Source: Cirrosporium novae-zelandiae
Lineage: Eukaryota
DNA: 64,000 bases
Assembly (NCBI GenBank): GCA_026023565.1
Contig: JAPETS010000003.1
Coordinates: 682,001-746,000 of the forward strand
Direction: 5' to 3'
The notes beneath the pieces were generated by a model that did not search any database, was not told where the DNA came from, and saw only the letters and a program-made list of their open reading frames with translations. Below are positions 50,635 through 63,270 of the stretch, in pieces. The position numbers were made by a program, and so were the translations under genes. Numbering within the stretch: position 1 is the stretch's first letter; every line of letters begins with the position of its first letter.

Positions 50635-51750
50635 ATGGAGTACGCACAGTACTCACAGCCGCCTCCTCAACATCCTCCACATCTACAAGGCGGCTATCAT
50701 CCCGCGCCGCAAAACGCTGGCCCAACAGGTGCTACAATAACATCTCCGACAAATCAATCATCACACGTACAACAACATCCAAATCAAGCATCTCCAATAC
50801 TCCCCACCCAGAACCATTCATATCAACAACAACCCCCCCCTCCGCAAGGTCACCAGTTACATCAGCCTATGGGCTACCCTCAATCATACGGCGTGCCTCC
50901 TCCAACCATGGGGTACCCTCAGTATATGTCTCCGACACAGGCCGCTGCCATGGCAACGGCTGCGGCATCTGGGGCGCCCTATAATCCAATGGGGCCAGAT
51001 TCAATGGCTGGCGGAATGGGTCAGGGACCAAGATCGCCTCGCAGTATGGCTGGCGTACAGGTAAAAGCAGAAAGAAATCAAAGATCTCCTGTTCAAGTGC
51101 CAGGTCAAATGCCGCCGATACCTTCGCAGGTACCAAGCCAACAAATGCACCAACGAAGAATGAGTCAGGCAGTCGCAAGTCCACACGTCACAACTTCACA
51201 GCCTGTCATGAACCATGCGATGGCCCGATCAACCGTTCCTCCCCCCATGCCACCCCCTCAGCAGCCACCTCCGCAACCACAACATCAACCATCACCAGAA
51301 CTAGTTGCTGGGGGGGCTGAGGAGTCACCTCTTTATGTCAATGCGAAACAGTTTCATCGGATATTGAAACGGAGGGTGGCTCGACAACGACTAGAAGAAG
51401 CGCTTCGGCTAACGTCAAAAGGGAGGAAACCATATCTTCACGAATCAAGACATAACCATGCCATGAGGAGACCTAGAGGACCGGGAGGAAGGTTTTTGAC
51501 GGCAGATGAAGTTGCGGCTATGGAAAAAAATCAAACGAATAACAATGATGCCTCTGCTGATCAAGAAAATCGGACGCCTGCAGGAAAAGGCTCCGTGGCC
51601 AACAATGTTGGATCAGGCACGAAACGAAAGGCCGGAACGCTGGGTGCTGATGAAGAAACGCCCGCGAAGAAAGCCAAGAATGCTAGGAGTTTAAGTACGG
51701 AGGAGAGTGAGGAACCAGAGGATGACGATGATGCTGAAGAAGACAGCTGA
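50635..51750 (+). CDS. hapB: CCAAT-binding complex subunit HapB (Hap2/NF-YA)
   Basis: [26 protein letters not shown]...[26 protein letters not shown] core domain with a Q/P-rich N-terminus. Confidence 0.97.
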   Translation: MEYAQYSQPPPQHPPHLQGGYHPAPQNAGPTGATITSPTNQSSHVQQHPNQASPILPTQNHSYQQQPPPPQGHQLHQPMGYPQSYGVPPPTMGYPQYMSPTQAAAMATAAASGAPYNPMGPDSMAGGMGQGPRSPRSMAGVQVKAERNQRSPVQVPGQMPPIPSQVPSQQMHQRRMSQAVASPHVTTSQPVMNHAMARSTVPPPMPPPQQPPPQPQHQPSPELVAGGAEESPLYVNAKQFHRILKRRVARQRLEEALRLTSKGRKPYLHESRHNHAMRRPRGPGGRFLTADEVAAMEKNQTNNNDASADQENRTPAGKGSVANNVGSGTKRKAGTLGADEETPAKKAKNARSLSTEESEEPEDDDDAEEDS

Positions 51751-52623
51751 TATTAAAACTATCTCGAGGTACTTTGCCTGATTTATGAAGTGTAGAAGTC
51801 CTTCACCGATTATTCCCCAGGCTTTGACACGTCGCCTGGTGGATACACTCGAGATCTTTCCTTTTTCTGATGAATAGTTTTCACTTCTTGACACCTATTG
51901 AAGCAACACCCTTTTGCCATCTTTTCTTTTTCTTTATGGACTAGCGACGGCGCGAGGGGTTTGTAATTTGCCTGCTGGATTGGTTGAAAGGAATGGGATC
52001 TTGTGGGTTATGAAAGTCGGTTTGGATTTTGCTTGACGACCTTGCGCAGAGTGAGTATGTGATTATTTCAATCACTCTGCATTCTACGCAGATACCCTCT
52101 TCCCCTCATTGCTTCAACTATCACGATGAATGCACATTAGATGTGGGAAACCGTCGCCGGGAGAAAATGGAACGTTTGGGACCAGTCATTTTACGAGGTG
52201 CATGATTTTCATTATTTTACTATCAAATGGAGGCTGTTTGCGGCAGGGATGTTGGCCTGTATGATAGCTGTTTTGAGCTTGCCACAATATCATTTTGTTG
52301 GCCTATGATACCAGATTAAGTTATTTTTTTGTCTTGAGCTCCATCAGATATACCATGGGAACAATATTGTCGGAAAAGGATAGAGTTGAGTGTGAGCCAG
52401 TAACCACAGTGTATGTTTGTAGAATTTAACCCAACCAATCAATTATCTAGGGCTTTCCCGTAACTTTAACCGCTCTGGGAGTCATGATTGATTGGTTGGA
52501 CATCTTGGGCTCCAACGGTCAGTTGCAGGATTTGTATATTTTCCCTATAGACTTCAGCTTAGCCATGTATTATTTAGTCTTTCCCTCACACTGAAGGAAT
52601 CGATTTTGTACTGGAATGGCCAA

Positions 52624-54291
52624 ATGGAGGTATCTCACCGCCATCATGACTATTGATTCTTTCGCCCACTAATTTCGAACGCCTAGACTTCACAAGGATC
52701 CCCAAATCCAGCCCAGATCACATCCCATGCATCCCATGACGATCAAGCTCAGTTCCTAGATGAAATGCTACGGCCTCCAATTGCGCATGGCATGCGTGCC
52801 CTAGATCGCTCTTTTTTCAAAAAATCCATTTCTCTCTCAGCTGCGCGGATCTTCGACAATAAGAAAATATCAGAATTCCGCACCCAGCTGAGAAAATCAA
52901 AGGATTTGGCAGGATTTGAGAGAATTCAGGATGTTATTCAAGATCCTGATGAAGCAAGGGCGGGCCAAGGGAAGAAATGTTTGTTGCTGAGACCGGGGAT
53001 ACAGCATGATGGTAAGTATAAGATGGGAGGGAAGGCTTTGCGACTTTCAGAATTTGATAGATATAGATAGTTCCCTCAACATGGCCGCCTACATTGAATG
53101 ATCTTGTGGATCGAAAATTGGTGAGTATGATACCGCACTCCCTGTATCTCGACTACAATTACTGGACCTACCGTATGTACGTATCTTTTGTGCCAGTTGC
53201 CGAAGCCCTCCTGCTGATACGAAAATGGTAATCCAGATGAGATTATGACCTCCATCTTTCCTGAATCCCAGCACGACGACATTCCCTCAGGCTTCAGCGT
53301 CGTGGGGCACGTCGCCCACTTCAACCTCAGAGACGACTTCCTACCATACAAGAGCCTAATCGGCCAGCTGGTCCTCGACAAAACCCCTGGCGTCCGGACC
53401 GTCATCAACAAAACGGAGGATGTAGGTGCATCCAATCCCTTCCGCACATTCTCCTACGAGCTCCTTGCCGGTGATCCCTCTCTCGACGTCGAAACCCGCG
53501 AGTCCGACTGCGCTTTTCGCTTCAACTTCTCCGACGTATATTGGAACCCTAGACTGAGCACGGAACACGGCAGAATTCTAGACACCTTTAAGGAGGGGGA
53601 GGCCGTATGCGATGTTATGGCCGGGGTGGGACCCTTCGCGGTACCGGCGGGGAAAAGAAAGGTATTCTGCTGGGGCAACGATTTAAACCCAGCCAGCGCA
53701 GCAGCAATGAGGGCGGCAATTAAAAAGAACAAAGTCTGGGACTTTGTCCGAGCGCTCAACGAGGATGGCCACACGTTCATAAAAGACGCAGCGAGAAGAT
53801 TGTTAGAAGAGCCCATCCGAACCGTCGAAATCAGACAAGGAAAACCCCACCGACATCCCCGCCCCAACTCACCCTCTCCTCCTCCACCACCCCCCCAAAA
53901 AATCACAAGACCGAAAACCTTCTCCCACTACATCATGAACCTCCCAGCCTCAGCACTCGACTTCCTCCCAGACTTCATCGGCCTCTACGCCGGCCACGAA
54001 TCCCTCTTCGCCCCCCACACACCCACAAAGCTCCCCATGATCCACGTCTACTGCTTCAGCACCAAATCCGATGACAACATTGCAGAATCCAACGAAATTT
54101 GCGAGCGAATTTCTGAGCTGATTGGGTGGGAGGTGAAGCCTGCGCTGGCGGGGAGAGGCATCGGGGATGGGAAGGAGGAGCTGGGGGAGGGCGAGGTCGA
54201 GGTTTGGGATGTTAGGGATGTGGCACCTAAGAAAAGGATGTTTTGTGCGTCGTTTAGGTTACCGCCTGAGGTGGCGTTTAGGGTGGGTTGA
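52624..54291 (+). CDS. trm5: tRNA (guanine37-N1)-methyltransferase; introns 52630-52686, 53012-53070, 53173-53236
   Basis: MLRPP..LDRSFF, VGHVAHFNLRD, VYWNPRLSTEH, VCDVMAGVGPFAVPA, NDLNP, HYIMNLPA and VRDVAPKKRMFCASF. The 2-codon first exon (ATG GAG|gtatct) is inferred; ATG 52765 is the alternative start. Confidence 0.95.
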
Positions 54292-55262
54292 GGGGACGTT
54301 GATGGGGGGGGGGGGTTATTTATGGGAGAATGGAAGAAAAATAGTAAAGATTTTGTCTAAGAGTCTAAGAGTGGTTTACTTACGAGATGAGATGTCTTAA
54401 CCCCTTCTCCTCTCCCTCCTTTCTTAGGCCACTCGCCCCCCAAGATGTATATAAAAGAAAATACTACAAATATCCAGCCGGCCAGGCCAGCCTTATTACT
54501 TACCCCCTCCCTTCCCCCATTTTACCTTTCCAGGGGATGAATTTTCATTTAGAACCATTATCAAATTTATTCGGAAAAAAAGAGAGGGAACAAGAAGAAT
54601 AAAAATAGACGGGTAAAGGCGATTTGAATATCCATACTCATACCATACAATGTAAATGTTCTGCCATACCATGCCCATATGATACTTATGCTATGTTATG
54701 CTATGCTATGCTATAGATATCGTGTTTTGCATACAATTCGTATTTGCCAATGGCTCACTCCACTCACTCCTCAACTCATCCCTGCCTAGTCAGTTCCCTA
54801 CGCATATTCACCATTTCCTAGAGAGAGAGAGAGAAAAAAGTCACAATCTTGAACCATCTTAACCGCCATACACCACCCTTCCCTTCCCTCCATCTTTCTT
54901 TCTTTCCTGGCGAGGTACTCCTGCCACTTTCTTGCTTGCCCTATATCGTTTCGCTCATTCATTGACACGGACGGCTGTCATATTTCTATGTTTTCCTAGA
55001 AAAGAAAATTCAAATTTTTTTCCAATCCCCCATCCATCCAAAAAGAAACGCCCAGGGAATGCGCTGAAAAAAAGAAAAGATCCTTGTTGATTGTTGGGAT
55101 TCCTTGTTTTTTTTGCTTTGCTTTGAGGACTTAGAACTCGAGCTGGGGGGCTAAAGTAGTCATTAAAGGGAATCAAATTGAATCACAATCATGTTTGGTC
55201 TTGGTTGTTCGTTCGTTCTTATTTCCAATATGAAGAAAATGAGGATTTAATTGGTAGTCTTT

Positions 55263-56088
55263 TTAGTCGGCGAAGCTGTTCCTTAGCTTTGTGATTTCGT
55301 CTAGGAGTTCTTGGAGATCTCCGTCGCTGATTTTGTTTTGGAGACTTGGGACAAGTGTTTTGGCTTCTTCGGCTGAATCGAAACAGAGGGATCCTATAGG
55401 TAGAAAATAAAATGCATGGGTAAGCTTTATCTTTTATAACGAATCAGGGACTTCTGATTATTAGGCATATAGGATATAGGATATGTAGACGATTTACTGT
55501 GCTAAATGGGGGGGGGGGGGGGGGGAAAGCATACCTAACTGACTTCGTTCAAATGGTTCGAGTTCTCCGTGTTGTGAGAGGAGTCGTTCCACTGCTTCGG
55601 TGTTTTCTTTTTGCTTGAAACGTGCGAATACGTCTAGGTAGTCTTGGGTCTTCAAGAGAACTCTGTGTTGGTGAAACTGTTAGTAATCTTGGTTAAAAGA
55701 CGAGTATGTATGTATGTAGCTCTTGACACTACATTTGCTAAGATATGAGTAAAAGAAAGAAAGCATAAGAAGGTCTGGCACATGGCAAGCACTGCTTTTC
55801 TATTCTTCTCGTAATGATAGTCATATGTCTCCCACAAGCATATCGAACCCCCCCAACTGCTCCACAATAAAAAGAATCATCGTAAAAAATAATTACTCAC
55901 TCAGTCTCCTCAACCTTCTGCTGCGCCTTCCGATGCTCTATCACTGCATTTATCAGAATCCTCGCTTCGGACAGCGTCAACGAAGGCACATCCTGAAATT
56001 CTCCAAGCTTAAGTTCCACCGTCGCTTCTTCATCACCAGGAGCAGTTTCGCGCGCACGAGAGGTAGGCGCAATCTGTGTCGCGTTCAT
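55263..56088 (-). CDS. rpb4: RNA polymerase II subunit Rpb4; introns 55663-55900, 55394-55534
   Basis: GDEEATVELKLGEFQDVPSLTLSEAR - VLLKTQDYLDVFARFK - ELEPFERSQLGSLCFDSAEEAKTLVPSL. Confidence 0.93.
55712..55885 (-). ncRNA. Candidate intronic H/ACA snoRNA (snR189-like) in rpb4 intron 1
   Basis: On the minus strand TTTATTGT (55871-64) and CTATC (55820-16) can pair with 18S GGUAG-UG-ACAAUAAA, with H box AGAATA 14 nt downstream. GCCA...CTTTC fits 25S GAAAG-UG-UGGC. ACA at 55717. The upper stem geometry is irregular. Confidence 0.45.
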
Positions 56089-56614
56089 CTTTAAAGGTGT
56101 GTAAGTTTCTAGTAGATGTGTTCGTGATAAATGAGTGCGGCGCGCTGGCTGTGGATATCAAGACGAGTATGTTCGAATGTAATATGGGTCTGATACGAAG
56201 GTTTATATGGGCGTAGAAAGCGTATTTTCCTTTATATTTCCCCCCCTCTAGAAATGTGTGCGATAGAAGTAAAGTCGTGGTGGTCGGGGAAAAAAAACTA
56301 GGGCATGAGTGTACAAGTATAGTGAATGCGACAGTATAATATTAGAGTGAGGTTGTGAAGCTAACGGTTGGGAGTTGGACCCAGAGTGGAAGCGGAAGTC
56401 TTGAACCTCCGCCGCAATTGGTCGCGAACCAATCACCTTGGTCTACCACAGTAATCGATGGGATCAAAGAACGAAACAGATGTTAACTGTACCAAAGCAA
56501 CAATCTACGTAATTACACAGCTGTTTGATCTCTCCCTCTAAAAGGGCCTTTTAGCTACCAGCAAGCCCTGCTCTCCTTGAGTATGAAAACTTTGTCTAAT
56601 TTCTTCCTCCCATA

Positions 56615-57197
56615 ATGTATGTCGTGTTGCCAATCCCCTCCGACCCTAATGAGACGAAATTATATCTCTGCTCCGCTATTTAAATATAAATGCTTACAGA
56701 TTTCGGGAGACAAATAGGGTCGTCTACTCTTTGATCATCATCAATAAAGCTGGTGGTTTAATATACAACCGCGAATATCATTCCGGCCTCCAAAAAATCT
56801 CTACGAATGATTACCTCGTCCTGGCCGGCACGTTTCATGGGTGATAACTTCTCCCAACATTTGTATAAATTCCGCTAACAATATCATCTCCATCAGCGTC
56901 CACGCAATAACCCGTTCCCTGACCCCTTCCCCTCCGCCGAATTCTTCCACGCCTATCACCGGACTCGAATCCTTAGAATCGACGCAATTCGCCCTTACCT
57001 GCTTCCAAACCGCCACAGGCACAAAGTTCCTACTCTTCACAGAACCTATGACACCCAACGTAGATGTGATTATGAGAAAGATATATGAGCTCTATGCGGA
57101 TTATGTGATGAAGAATCCATTCTATGCGCCAGAGATGCCTGTGAGATGTGAGAACTTTGAGAGGATGGTTGGGGGGTGGGTTAGGGGAAGAGGATGA
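56615..57197 (+). CDS. trs23: TRAPP complex subunit Trs23 (sybindin-like); introns 56617-56717, 56841-56896
   Basis: MVVYSLIIINKAGGLIYNR...STNDYLVLAGTFHG-VHAIT...CFQTATGTKFLL...IYELYADYVMKNPFY. Confidence 0.93.
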
Positions 57198-57440
57198 ACC
57201 AGGCTTCGTACGGAAGTTTGAATACGAAACATGGATATTGGCGTTATGCTAGGACAGGGTTGTAATACAGAGCCAGAGGCAACTACAATGGAACATAATG
57301 GATATGGCGCGGCCTTCATTAAATTATAGAAGAAAAGCCCTGTGGAGACCTGGAGATGGGTGTCAGCTCCAAGCAACATCGTCTATGCTGTATGTTTTAG
57401 AGCCCCAAGAAGATCCAGTCAAGTAAACTATGATGCACAT

Positions 57441-58506
57441 TTATGCCGTATCCATCTTATCATCATCGTCCTTCTTTTCTTGCTTCTTGCCGCTATCTTT
57501 ATCCCCACTACCACTTGGTTCACCACTTCGATTCAGTAATGGTTGGCTTTCCCCCCCCTCCTCTGGAATTCCTTCCAACGATGCCTTGCCTTCCGCAGCT
57601 TCTTTTTCCTTCCTCTCCTTTTCTTGCCGTGCCTTTTCTTCCTCGAAACTCATCCTTAATGCTAGGGCCAATTCTGGATCTGTAGACGGGTCGACTCCAA
57701 ACTCAAAGCCGTCTGCGCCCGTGTCCCCTGCATCACCACCAGAGCGTCCTGCTGGAGCAGACGAATCTCCGCCCAAAATAGGTGTTCCAACTAGTGCATC
57801 ACTTAACAGGTGAGGACCTGCAGGAATAATAGCAAGATGTGATCCCTCTCCACCCTTGACGTTCTCATTGAATGTTTCCAATTTCTTGGTAGTTTCAGGT
57901 TCAAGGTCCCCAAAGGCAACAAAGTCGAGAGAGACACCGTTCTTTTTCATCCGCTTAGCAAGCTTTACAAGCTCTTTGGTTTCCTCCTCTATTGGGCTGC
58001 AGGTGAAAACAATGATCCGTTGTTTCTGTGCATTATTTTGTCGGTGCTTGAGAGCAAGCTGAAATAGAATTAGGACAAGGACATCTCACATGGCAAAGAT
58101 TGAAACATACTCCTGCTACTTGGATAGCTGTAACCAGATGTGAATCGCCCTTTATCTTCGTTCGATGTAGGCCATCTAACACTTTGCCAAAATCGGTAGT
58201 CAAAGTAGTAAGAACCTCAGGCCCTGTCCCCCCCATGCTCATAAGTCCAACGGACGATTCTGGATTTGCTTGTGTCTTTGCGGAGAATATCAGATTAACG
58301 GCATCGGCTTGTGCATCCCACCTCGAGGGTCTGCGAAGTCAGATTAGCATTGTATTTTAATTCAAAGTAGTACTATCATGTTCCTCACACATAGTCTCCA
58401 TTTCTGCTGCTTTCGCTGTTGTCCACGCTGTAAAGATTCATCAGCATATACATGTAAAGCGAAACTTGAGTTGGACGGACACGATCATGGTAGCTTCGAG
58501 CCCCAT
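57441..58506 (-). CDS. rpn10: 26S proteasome regulatory subunit Rpn10 (vWA + UIM), multi-exon
   Basis: MGLEATMI-VDNSESSRNGDY, ANPESSVGLMSMGG, LALKHRQ..QKQRIIVF, FGVDPSTDPELALALRMSFEEE (UIM). Confidence 0.95.
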
Positions 58507-59496
58507 TTTGGCGGCACCAAGGTTGAGAAATTTGCTGGCTTGGGGATTATTTGAATTCAGGGGGTTTTTATTTAACGTCTGGGCTTTATATGATTTTCTG
58601 ATAGACCGTTTGCTTGTAGTAGTGAGCTTGAGGTTGAGGCATGTATTACTATGGACCTTGAAGCTCCAAAGCCGCAGTAAGCGCGTTACTAAGCGCAAGC
58701 GCTATAAAACAGGACAACCATCACGACTACAAACGCCTGTATACATAAAGAACTTGGCTTCCTATACTAAATAGTAGAAGATGTTAGGAAATTTAATCCT
58801 ACAAAGGTCGACGTCAAGTTCATGATTAGCAAATCAGTAGTTCTCAGTTTAGAATCCTAGGATCTAACTTCGATTTTTAGTTGAGGTCTAATATATGGGA
58901 TATACGATGACCATATCAAATTATCCCAATCATCTCGTGTTATAAATCCTACTATTTAAAATTACAAGAAAAGGGGGATTGAAACGTTCCATCACATCAA
59001 TCTTCAATACTTAGAAGCCCTTTAAAAGTACATATTTCCAGCTCGTCTAGAATAGCAGAATCACTTCAGGCATTAAGCTAGATTGATATTAGGCCTTAAG
59101 ATAAATATCAACAGACCCATGAGCTATGTGCTAAGAAGACTTGTGAACGCGTCTTCAAAAGGGAAGATATCTGAATTAGACGGCCTACACTTGTCCCTTG
59201 CCCTCAATTAGAGGTAGAGTGGTTGTACGCTCGAGAGTGGCGACTGCTATGTGCAATTTGGTAATTACCTGTGGGGTGCCTTACTTGCCTTAACTGGTAG
59301 GAGTTGCCTTAACTGGTGGGAGTAGCCATGCCAACAGGTTCAGTCTTCCATTATTTATTTCTCTTCCCACCACAAATTTTCCATTTCACATTCAGCTATC
59401 TCACTTCACACATCAAGTCTCAATTCCTTTCTTCCATCACGTCTCAAGTCTCAAGCTCTACCCACATTTCATTCCATCTCTTTCATCATAGCAAAC

Positions 59497-60477
59497 ATGT
59501 CTGAGACTGGTGACACTGTTACTGAAGTCCAAGTTGGGCTTCAAGACCTTTGTGTTCAAGACGAGAAGATCAAGGCTCTCTCTATTACCGCTGAGCCTGT
59601 CAACAATGAAGTAGCTGTTGAAAAGTTATCTACTACAGCGAACGCTGAGGTCAAGTCAGCTAACGATGATCACAAGAGTACTTCGGCTATTGAGACTAAG
59701 AAGCCTAGTACTAAGGTAGCTGCTGGCGCCAAATCTGAGCATGTTACTGAGAAGTTCCCAACCGTGGAAGAACTCAAGGCTAAGGCGGCGGCTGGTGAAG
59801 ACATTCCTCGGAAGCTTGTTCTCAAGCTCCAAAATAAGGAAATCATTGAGTCTACCGATCGTAAAGTGCACTCTGGAGGTGCTGCTGCTATGGCACAAAG
59901 CATTCATGACAAACAGCATCATTTCCATGAAGCTGCCGCTGAAATTGGGGCCAAGCTAGCTGGTGACCTCACTAAAGAGGATTCCAAAAAGCTTATATCC
60001 GTCGAAGTGAGTCTACTTACCTTTCAACGGAATATTCCCTGGTAAAGTCTAACATACATAATAGACCCGTGCCCTTGGTCACCCTTCTCCTCGTGATTCT
60101 GTCTCGGCCAAAGTCCAGAGTCTTGTCCACAAGCCTGAAATCACCATCCAAAAGCGACGCAAGTCATCCGTTTCCAAGGACGCTATGCCCGATATGCAAA
60201 AACTTCAGGGGAATATCTCTGCGTCTTCCACTCCTAAAAATGACAATTCGACCAGTAAGGGTCTTAATAATATCGAGGAGATAATACACAAACCTGATCC
60301 TATCCAAAGCCCTGAGGCAAAACATCACTTCCGCCATAGCCATGGTGTTAGGAAACCCCCCTAAGTTTACCTGTGCGTTACTGACATTGCTAGTCTCGCG
60401 TATTTGTATGTCGAGAAATCGATGTGAAGGAAACCCCGAGCGAGAAGACTGCTGAGGAGAAGACTACTGATGCGTAG
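59497..60477 (+). CDS. Hydrophilic SMP/LEA-like protein; intron 60007-60064 and probable intron about 60347-60393
   Basis: Repeated GGAAAMAQS / DSVSAKVQS and LTKEDSKKLISVE-TRALG motifs resemble seed-maturation-protein repeats. Without the last intron the stop is at 60364. Confidence 0.6.
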
Positions 60478-60956
60478 ATGATTGGGTTGGCAGCAAGAAG
60501 GTGTTGTTCGATGGGTAGTGGCACGATAAGTTGAGAATTGCAACCTGTATTAGCTTAAAAACGTAATCCAAGTACTGTACCTCTGGGCGGACTTCTGCTC
60601 AGGCCTTGCATTATTTACCAAATTTTATTTCATGAGTATCGAGAGTTGCGGATAAATAAAGAGAAACTATACAAAAATAGAGTAGCTCCATAAGACGTGA
60701 TTAGAGCCTTGATTGGCAGCTTCCCGAGTCCTGAGTCTTGACTCCTGAGTGACCAAGGTAATGTAAGCTAAAGCTCGATATCTCTTCAAGCCAAGAGTTG
60801 GGCTGTAATACTTTAGGTCACGTGCTAGCGTGGCAACTCTGTTTACCTTGGACCATTCTCCCTTTACCCACCAATGAACCTCTCTATTCTATCCGGATCA
60901 ATTTACTCACACTTTCGCATCAATAATTATTCAACAACCCTCGATACTCCACTTTT

Positions 60957-62246
60957 ATGATGCGAAACTATTCTGAAGAGTCATCTGAACCAGCGACTGC
61001 AATGGAATTTCCACCGCCACCAATGACTGTTCCTACCAAAACAAGCACCCCCTCAAGGACACCTGCGCGCAGCCCATTCAAGAAAGTTATGAGGATCTCA
61101 CAGACACAGAAGCAGGCGCTGATTGATAACCTACAGTTGGAAAGTAAGGGTTGACCGTTTCCCTCTACTTTTCATGATTCTGATCAGTCTCAAGTCACGG
61201 AACGCGCAAGGAAATTACGAGCGCAATATGCCCTTCAGGCCCAAGGTCTACGAGCACGAATTGAAATACGCGTAAATCGAATTCCTATATCTTTGCGTAC
61301 AGCAAATATGGGAGAACTCTTTGCAAAGTACGCGGAAGAAGCAAAAGCGAAGGAAGACAAGGGGAAGGGGGGCGCGACTGCAATAGCTGTAGGGAAATCA
61401 ATTCAAAACGATATTCCAGCTAGGGATACCAGTCCAGCTATCACCAGATCCCCCCAGAAAGTTGAGCCTTTTGTTCCAGGCCCGGCGCGAACCCGTGGAC
61501 TTAAGCGTCAAAGGTTCTTAGATCACAACATTATTTTTTTCCCTTGGAGATCCTTCTGACATTTGAATAGTGAGGATTTTGATAAAGAAAACGACCCAGC
61601 CAACACGCTCGAGAACCCCAAGAAGCGTACCAAAGACGCCAAAGCAGGCGCATCCGCCAGTACGCGTACAGTTTCACGCGCCAAGTTGAATCCATCACTG
61701 ATTCTATCCCCTAAATCCAACAATTCACGCACCTATCCAGTGTCACCCATTCGACCAGCATCGCCAGCTAAGCCTCCCACCTTCGCACGGCCTGCTTCGC
61801 CAGCAAAGGGTCTATCGCACCCTCCAAAACCAGCCGCCGCGACAACTACAATAACAGTCACAGCATCTCTATCTGGAATGGCCGAACAAGCCAAATCTAC
61901 CCGAGCGACTACACGCTCAGGTGCAGCGACCACACGAAATGCCCCCGCAGCTTCTCATGCGCCTCGAACGCGCCGAGCGGCTACAGCTCCTAGAGCGCCT
62001 GCTATCCATGAAGATAATGGCACCCATCATCTACGGACAGTCAGCAGTAGTACTGCTTCATCTAATGACTCGACAGGTACAACTGTGGTCAAAAAGTCAA
62101 GTACAAGAGCTCAAGGTGCTACTGCTGCTAGCAGTAGAAAAACGGCACCTGCAAAAAAGTCGACAGCAGCAGCAGCGAAAAGAGTCGCAAGCAAAAAGGT
62201 CGAGCCACCGGCGCCCGGAAGGAGAGTTTTGAGGTCGAGGCACTGA
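60957..62246 (+). CDS. Nbl1/Borealin N-terminal domain protein; introns 61144-61194, 61514-61570
   Basis: QKQALIDNLQLE-ITERARKLRAQYALQAQGLRARIEIRVNRIP.SLR, followed by a basic low-complexity tail ending RRVLRSRH. Confidence 0.88.
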
Positions 62247-63270
62247 ATTGCTTACTCTCTTTGTTGTGGAGTTTAGTGGGGACTAATTTCGGATCCGAGT
62301 GGAAGGAAAAAACGGATATCCTGGAAAACGTAAACTTGGTTGGGGATAGGAATCATTGAATAATACTGGTATGTATTAGCTGCCTGTTATCTGGTATGCA
62401 TTGATTAATACGCGCTGTTGTCGCAAATCTTTAATGTTGGAAAGCGCTGGGGCGTTTTTTTCCAAGTGTCCACTGTTGATTTACATTTCTGGGGTTTCAG
62501 AGAGAAGTTGGACTGCAAGGTGCAGGATACCAAGCTGTTTCAAAACGAGCAAGGCGACAGTCTACCGTGGATTTGAGTTTACAAAGTTCATCATTACATA
62601 GGCCTACTATGAAGAAAAATATGATACCAAGTATAGAATAAGTTAGGCAATTGATTTTGGCCCCTGAAGCGTTGCCCAAATAGTAAATGGTGAGAAAAAA
62701 ATATATGGAGAATGATGCAATAATCATCAGATGATATGGACCTGCCCCTCCTTTCCCTAAAGTGCACTTGTGTCTCTATGGATGGATACCTGTACGTAAT
62801 GAGAAGGTGGAGTTCGTAAAGGGTTATGAAAATATAATGGGGAAGACTCGGTTTAGAGGAGATTGAAAGGCCTTAGAGGATAATTGACAAGAAATATAAT
62901 CATATCAATCATATCAGATCATCTTATCGGCGGATCTAACCGTGCTATCAACCGTGTAAAATTCCATCCATCCTCTGGTATTGCGTCAGATTCACGCCCT
63001 TCCAATCCCTATTTGACTTCTTTTTCCGGCTATCCCAACCTCTGTGTCTCCAATATGCAATAATACGATAATACGCCTAAGTGAATCCGCTTTGCCTTTG
63101 TCCTGCACCCACACTTCTCGGGTTTTTCACCGCCCTCTTAATTCTTCATTTCACCTTATTCACTGAAATAATCGCAACATGCTCCCTCGATAACCCGAAA
63201 TCCTTATTGCGCTCGCTCGGGCTGATAACAGCACAACCATAGCACGAAATATCTACCCATATACTCCCAG

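Noticed and set aside
13560..58506. Apparent ubiquitin-system cluster (csn4, F-box, HECT_2, USP-like, rpn10)
   Set aside because: The genes are dispersed among unrelated housekeeping genes and this functional class is large, so there is no evidence of a cluster.
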